Of a stretch of DNA of 64,000 nt, positions 60,552-64,000 are shown piece after piece. This DNA is from an uncultured Nesterenkonia sp. Lineage in GTDB: Bacteria > Actinomycetota > Actinomycetes > Actinomycetales > Micrococcaceae. The notes beneath the pieces are model-generated. The model had not been told where the DNA came from. It saw nothing but the letters and a program-made list of their open reading frames with translations, and made no database searches. The position numbers were made by a program, and so were the translations under genes. The stretch covers positions 122,188 through 186,187 of the forward strand of contig CANLUC010000004.1 of assembly GCA_947494195.1 (NCBI GenBank), given 5' to 3'. Positions within the stretch are counted from its first letter, which is position 1. Each line of letters opens with the position of its first letter.

Positions 60552-62675
60552 CTAGACCTGACGACGACGGCGCGCCGGCCACGCCGCTGCAAGGCCCAGC
60601 AGCACGAGCAACAGACTGCCGAGCGCGGTCCACCCGGCGCTGAAGCCGGTCTTGGCGAGCTCCGTGGAGTGTGCCGCGGACGCACCTTCCGGATCGGAGT
60701 GCTGAGTGTGCGTGCTAGCCTCGGTGCCTGACTCAGTGTTGTGAGCTTTGTCACTGCCTGCTGCGGCGTCGCTCGTCTCGAGAACCGCGTCCGTCACCTC
60801 ACGGCCGGAGACAACTTCGCTGTCATCGGAGGCGGGAGCAACGCTGCTGCTGGTGGCTGAGGAATTCCCGCTGGAGTCGTCACCGTAGGAGCTGTCTCCA
60901 GCGGAGTCGCCACCGCCGGAGGCCTTTTGGTCGACGTCCCCAGGGTTGGGTGATTCATTCGAGTCGGTGGTGTCGGGCTGACCCTCGTCTGCCTCCGCGT
61001 CGGGCGCTTCGTCGCCTGCGGGTGCGTCCTCCTCGTTGGAAGCGCCCTCGCCATCGGATGTCTCGTGGTCGACGTCCCCAGGGTTGGGTGATTCATTCGA
61101 GTCGGTGGGATCGGGCTGACCCTCGTCTGCCTCGGCGTCGGACACTCCATCGCCTGCCGGGCCCCCGTCGTCTCCATCGGGAGTCTCCTCACTGTTGGAG
61201 GGCTCGTCGTCGATGTCTTGCTCATCATCTGAGTTGCCAGAGCCTGTCTGACCGTGAGCTCCCGGCTCTGCATGCTCGTCCTGATCGTAGTGGTAGATCC
61301 ACTCCATCTTCAGGAGGTCATTCGGGAACTTGTAGCCGTACAGAGGATTCGCATCGACTGTCAGAGGCTCATCTTTAGGGATTGCAACTTCGCCGGACTC
61401 GTACCCGTAGTCAACTCCATCGATATCAGGAATCGAGATGGTATTTCCATCGCGAGTCGGCTCCTCGGGCGTGACAACGACGAAATCTTCATCTTCGTCA
61501 TCCTCGTCGACACCAGCGATGTACTCGAATGACCACTCAGTCTTTGTACCCTCAGGAAGCGTATATCCTTCCTTTGCGGAGACGGTGACCGTCAGAGTCT
61601 CCCCTTCGGGAATGTCTACAACGTCTTCAAATCCATTGAACGATGACGTCGCGTTCTCATTCCAGGTGAACTCAAGTCCTGGATCTCGGAAGACCAGGAC
61701 CTCATTCGGGTTACGCAGTGAGCGTTCGGGCTCGTAGAAGTCCACCTCGATGTCATTCGGCGCGTCTTCAGATTGATCGTCTGCTATATTCCCATAGGAA
61801 AAATTGAGTAATAGCTCACCATCATTGTAGCCGTCCCAAATTTGCCAACCGCCATTATCACTCAAGAAAAGTGGAACGACAATCTCTTCTGTATCGCCGA
61901 CGTTTACGTGGTGAACTCCTGTGTACTCAATTTTGTCTGTCTCCAGATCAAACTGATAGTCATCGATATATGACAAGTCATCCTGGCCGAAAGATCGGAT
62001 AATGAATGACTCGTATTCTGAGTTATTGCCATTTCGAATAGTCACTGTCGCGGTCATGTTGACATAATCAACATTCGAAACGCCAGACCCAAAACCAACG
62101 ATCTCGTCATTCGAGCCATCCTTCTCCGTTGCTTCTTGTTTGGGTGTTGGCTTGGGTTCTGCGGGCAGAACCTCTTCTTCAAGTTCTGACTCAGGGTCTT
62201 CCTCCGAAGCGGTCTCCAGCTCAGCAATCTCATCCGATACATCGGGCGTCTCTTGCTCGGCCGGCGCTTCAGTCTCGGCAGGTACCGATTCGTCAACCAC
62301 ATCTTCGGTGAGGCTGGGTTCAAGTTCGGACGCAGAATCTGGATTCTTTGGCTCTGCCTCAACGACCTCGGGCGCCGCATCGACCTCAGCTTCGTCAGCC
62401 CTGTGTTCAGGATTCTCGCTCTCGACAACGAGCGGTTCGCTCTCAGTCGCGATGTCCTCTGAGCCGGTCGCGACATGCTCGGCGGGACTGTTCTTCTCAG
62501 TGCCCTCACCATCGGGCTCATCGATCTCGGAGGTTGGGTCTGTGTCGAGTGCCTTGGTCTCTACGACGTCGCTGCTTTCGGTGGCTTGTTCGGTGTCCGC
62601 CATGGCGGCGGCGGGCGATCCAAGCATCAAGGCGCCGGCAGCGGCCAGCGTGAGGGGGGTGCGAGCAATTTTCAC
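60552..62675 (-). CDS. Highly acidic secreted LAxTG-anchored (sortase-substrate) surface protein
   Basis: Signal peptide MKIARTPLTLAAAGALMLGSPAAAMA. C-terminal LAKTG + hydrophobic segment + RRRRQ. Asp/Glu-rich flanks around a beta-rich core. GTG start with GAAGGAA SD. Confidence 0.85.
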   Translation of the reverse strand: MKIARTPLTLAAAGALMLGSPAAAMADTEQATESSDVVETKALDTDPTSEIDEPDGEGTEKNSPAEHVATGSEDIATESEPLVVESENPEHRADEAEVDAAPEVVEAEPKNPDSASELEPSLTEDVVDESVPAETEAPAEQETPDVSDEIAELETASEEDPESELEEEVLPAEPKPTPKQEATEKDGSNDEIVGFGSGVSNVDYVNMTATVTIRNGNNSEYESFIIRSFGQDDLSYIDDYQFDLETDKIEYTGVHHVNVGDTEEIVVPLFLSDNGGWQIWDGYNDGELLLNFSYGNIADDQSEDAPNDIEVDFYEPERSLRNPNEVLVFRDPGLEFTWNENATSSFNGFEDVVDIPEGETLTVTVSAKEGYTLPEGTKTEWSFEYIAGVDEDDEDEDFVVVTPEEPTRDGNTISIPDIDGVDYGYESGEVAIPKDEPLTVDANPLYGYKFPNDLLKMEWIYHYDQDEHAEPGAHGQTGSGNSDDEQDIDDEPSNSEETPDGDDGGPAGDGVSDAEADEGQPDPTDSNESPNPGDVDHETSDGEGASNEEDAPAGDEAPDAEADEGQPDTTDSNESPNPGDVDQKASGGGDSAGDSSYGDDSSGNSSATSSSVAPASDDSEVVSGREVTDAVLETSDAAAGSDKAHNTESGTEASTHTQHSDPEGASAAHSTELAKTGFSAGWTALGSLLLVLLGLAAAWPARRRRQV
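60931..61154 (-). repeat. Two in-frame 138-bp (46-aa) tandem repeats in the LAxTG protein stalk
   Basis: TCGACGTCCCCAGGGTTGGGTGATTCATTCGAGTCGGTGG..GGGCTGACCCTCGTCTGCCTC occurs at 60931 and again at 61069. It encodes DAEADEGQPD(P/T)TDSNESPNPGDVD twice. Confidence 0.9.
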
Positions 62676-62885
62676 GGAGTGGTTCCTTCAGAACGGTGCG
62701 GCGCTCGGAAAATTCAGGGGCGAGCGCGTCGCGGCGTGGGCAAGGGGAGATGGACGATCTGTGCAGGTGGCCCCAACTCCGAACCTAGGATGCGACTGTC
62801 GGTTCCTGTAGGTGTTCCGGTACCGGACGGAAAACTCGGACGGTCGCGTAGTGGCTTTCTCGCTCTGAGGAACAGCCGCGGAGTA

Positions 62886-62921
62886 CAAAAAGTGCCCGGC
62901 CCCATAAGAGACCGGGCACTT
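62886..62921 (-). terminator. Rho-independent terminator for the DUF421 gene (minus strand)
   Basis: Stem AAGTGCCCGG / CCGGGCACTT. The plus-strand CAAAAA at 62886-62891 reads as a U-tract after the hairpin on the minus strand. Confidence 0.7.
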
Positions 62922-62932
62922 CTTCGTTCTGC

Positions 62933-63019
62933 GTTGAGGGGCGGATTCTTGGTGCATCTCATGAGCTTCTAGGCCCAAAGTGCTCGGAGAATCCGCCCCT
63001 CAACGTGGGTGGGGTGGGG
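62933..63019. repeat. Palindromic intergenic element, copy 4
   Basis: Left arm GTTGAGGGGCGGATTCTTGG 62933-62952, 32-nt spacer, right arm CGGAGAATCCGCCCCTCAAC 62985-63004, tail GTGGGTGGGGTGGGG to 63019. Confidence 0.9.
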
Positions 63020-63553
63020 TTAGTTCTGTTCGGGGCGGCCCGTGAAGGGCAGGACCGAGGAGCCGTCGCCGAGTCCTTCGCCGCCGATGACGACGAGGCC
63101 GCCGTTCTGTTCGAGGATCACGGCGGAGACGCCTTCCAGGGATCCATGTGCGGAGTTGCGCGCAGCGGTGTGGACGTCGTCCTCCACCAACTGGTGCTTG
63201 CGCAGCGCCTTCCGCTGGAACTTGCCCTGGTAGTAGATCAGCACCGGCGGGGCATCCAGCACGCGTCGCATCTTGGGGGAGCGGCCCCGCACGAATGCCA
63301 TGAGCCACTGCAGCAGCACGATGAGCGCGAGGGCGAACACCGCCTGGCTCAGCGGCACGTCCACTGCGGTGATCGTACGTCCGAACGCAGAACCGATGGT
63401 GACTGCCACGATGAAGTCCAAAGGCGTCATGTTCGCCATGGTCCGCGGACCGGAGATTCGCAGGATGAGGATGAGGGCTATATAGCCGGCCGTCAGAGTG
63501 ATGGCCGTGTGAAGAATCGGGTCCCACCCGGCCCAATATTGAGTGATGTCCAT
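63020..63553 (-). CDS. DUF421 (YetF-like) membrane protein
   Basis: Three N-terminal TM helices with the RISGPRTMANMTPLDFIVAVTIGS motif typical of DUF421, plus a soluble C-terminal domain. Confidence 0.8.
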   Translation of the reverse strand: MDITQYWAGWDPILHTAITLTAGYIALILILRISGPRTMANMTPLDFIVAVTIGSAFGRTITAVDVPLSQAVFALALIVLLQWLMAFVRGRSPKMRRVLDAPPVLIYYQGKFQRKALRKHQLVEDDVHTAARNSAHGSLEGVSAVILEQNGGLVVIGGEGLGDGSSVLPFTGRPEQN

Positions 63554-63724
63554 TCGGCGACCATGTCACCTCGCGGACGCCTATGTCCATTACGGCCTGA
63601 TCAGGTCACTCAATGCGCTGTGTAGGCTGAAATGGCACGTCGAGCGCAGGGTCCAGCCTGCCTGGACAAGGTCGTAGCGAGCACCAGGAGAACGAGCAGC
63701 ACGGAGCAGAGGGGCGAAAGACGG

Positions 63725-64000
63725 ATGAGCAGCACACGCGACGTGGGGACCGTCGGAGAGGACGCCGTGATCGAGATCATCATGGAAGAGCTGGGTGGTC
63801 TCGCGTCCGCCGCAAACTCGCTGGTGGAGATGACGTTGCCCCCCGGTGACGATGCCGCAGTCCTCAAGCTTCCCGATGACGGCGAGCCAGCCCGCATCGT
63901 GCTCACCGCCGACACCCTGAGCCAGGACCAGGACTTCCGACTCAGCTGGTGGGGTTCGCAGGACCAGGGCCTTCCCGCCGGTACCGCAGTCGGCATGAAG
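63725..64000 (+). CDS. thiL: Thiamine-monophosphate kinase, N-terminal fragment (runs off the window)
   Basis: Open frame not listed in the track because it has no stop. GEDAVIEII..PPGDDAAVL..IVLTADTLSQDQDF follows the ThiL/AIR-synthase-like N-terminal pattern (GE..I..I, GDDAAV, T.D.L.E..HF). Confidence 0.6.
   Translation, partial: MSSTRDVGTVGEDAVIEIIMEELGGLASAANSLVEMTLPPGDDAAVLKLPDDGEPARIVLTADTLSQDQDFRLSWWGSQDQGLPAGTAVGMK

Noticed and set aside
63005-63019. G-quadruplex formed by the G-rich tails (GTGGGTGGGGTGGGG).
   Set aside because: Only copy 4 approaches three or four G-runs. Copies 1 to 3 have fewer, so a conserved G4 is not supported.
60408-63019. A classical tRNA-integrated genomic island downstream of tRNA-Glu.
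   Set aside because: No integrase is present, and I could find no duplicated tRNA 3-prime segment (GGTTCGAATCCCGCTGGGGTCA) downstream. Only one atypical gene is present. The palindromic repeats, not att sites, form the boundaries.
63610-63996. The minus-strand 128-aa ORF at the window end.
   Set aside because: The plus-strand frame from ATG 63725 gives a ThiL-like N-terminus (GEDAVIEII, GDDAAVL, TADTL..DF). The minus ORF is Ser/Pro/Arg-rich with no motifs.

Overview
High-GC actinobacterial (Micrococcales-like) core chromosome, almost entirely housekeeping and syntenic with other Actinobacteria. In order: the end of the dcw cluster (murG' murC ftsQ ftsZ pgeF yggS sepF yggT divIVA), lspA, an RluA-family synthase, dnaE, nrdR preceded by two NrdR boxes, and an orphan LAL/LuxR regulator. 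A minus-strand operon follows (PD-(D/E)XK nuclease, def, fmt, rsmB, rpe), then tRNA Gly-Cys-Val-Gly. Next is a nearly gap-free plus-strand run: FMN riboswitch, ribD, a ribE-ribBA fusion, ribH, hisEG, hisFI, trpE, two small membrane proteins, trpCBA, lgt. The rest is gltBD, pyk, tRNA-Leu, a pdtaR-like regulator, a CHY zinc-finger gene (minus), ilvD, a candidate leader-peptide attenuator with ilvBNC, serA, metG, leuB, ilvE, an FAH-family gene, gltX, tRNA Gln-Glu-Glu, an acidic LAxTG surface protein (minus), a DUF421 gene (minus) and thiL'. The least explained signal is a family of four ~85-bp palindromic elements I cannot assign to a known class. All four share one orientation, three abut the stop codon of a minus-strand gene, and pairs bracket the only two single-gene minus-strand islands (CHY, and the compositionally atypical LAxTG gene). 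Arm substitutions are compensatory. No CRISPR array, transposase, integrase or prophage gene is visible. All coordinates, hairpins and motif matches were derived by hand, with no searches or folding run.
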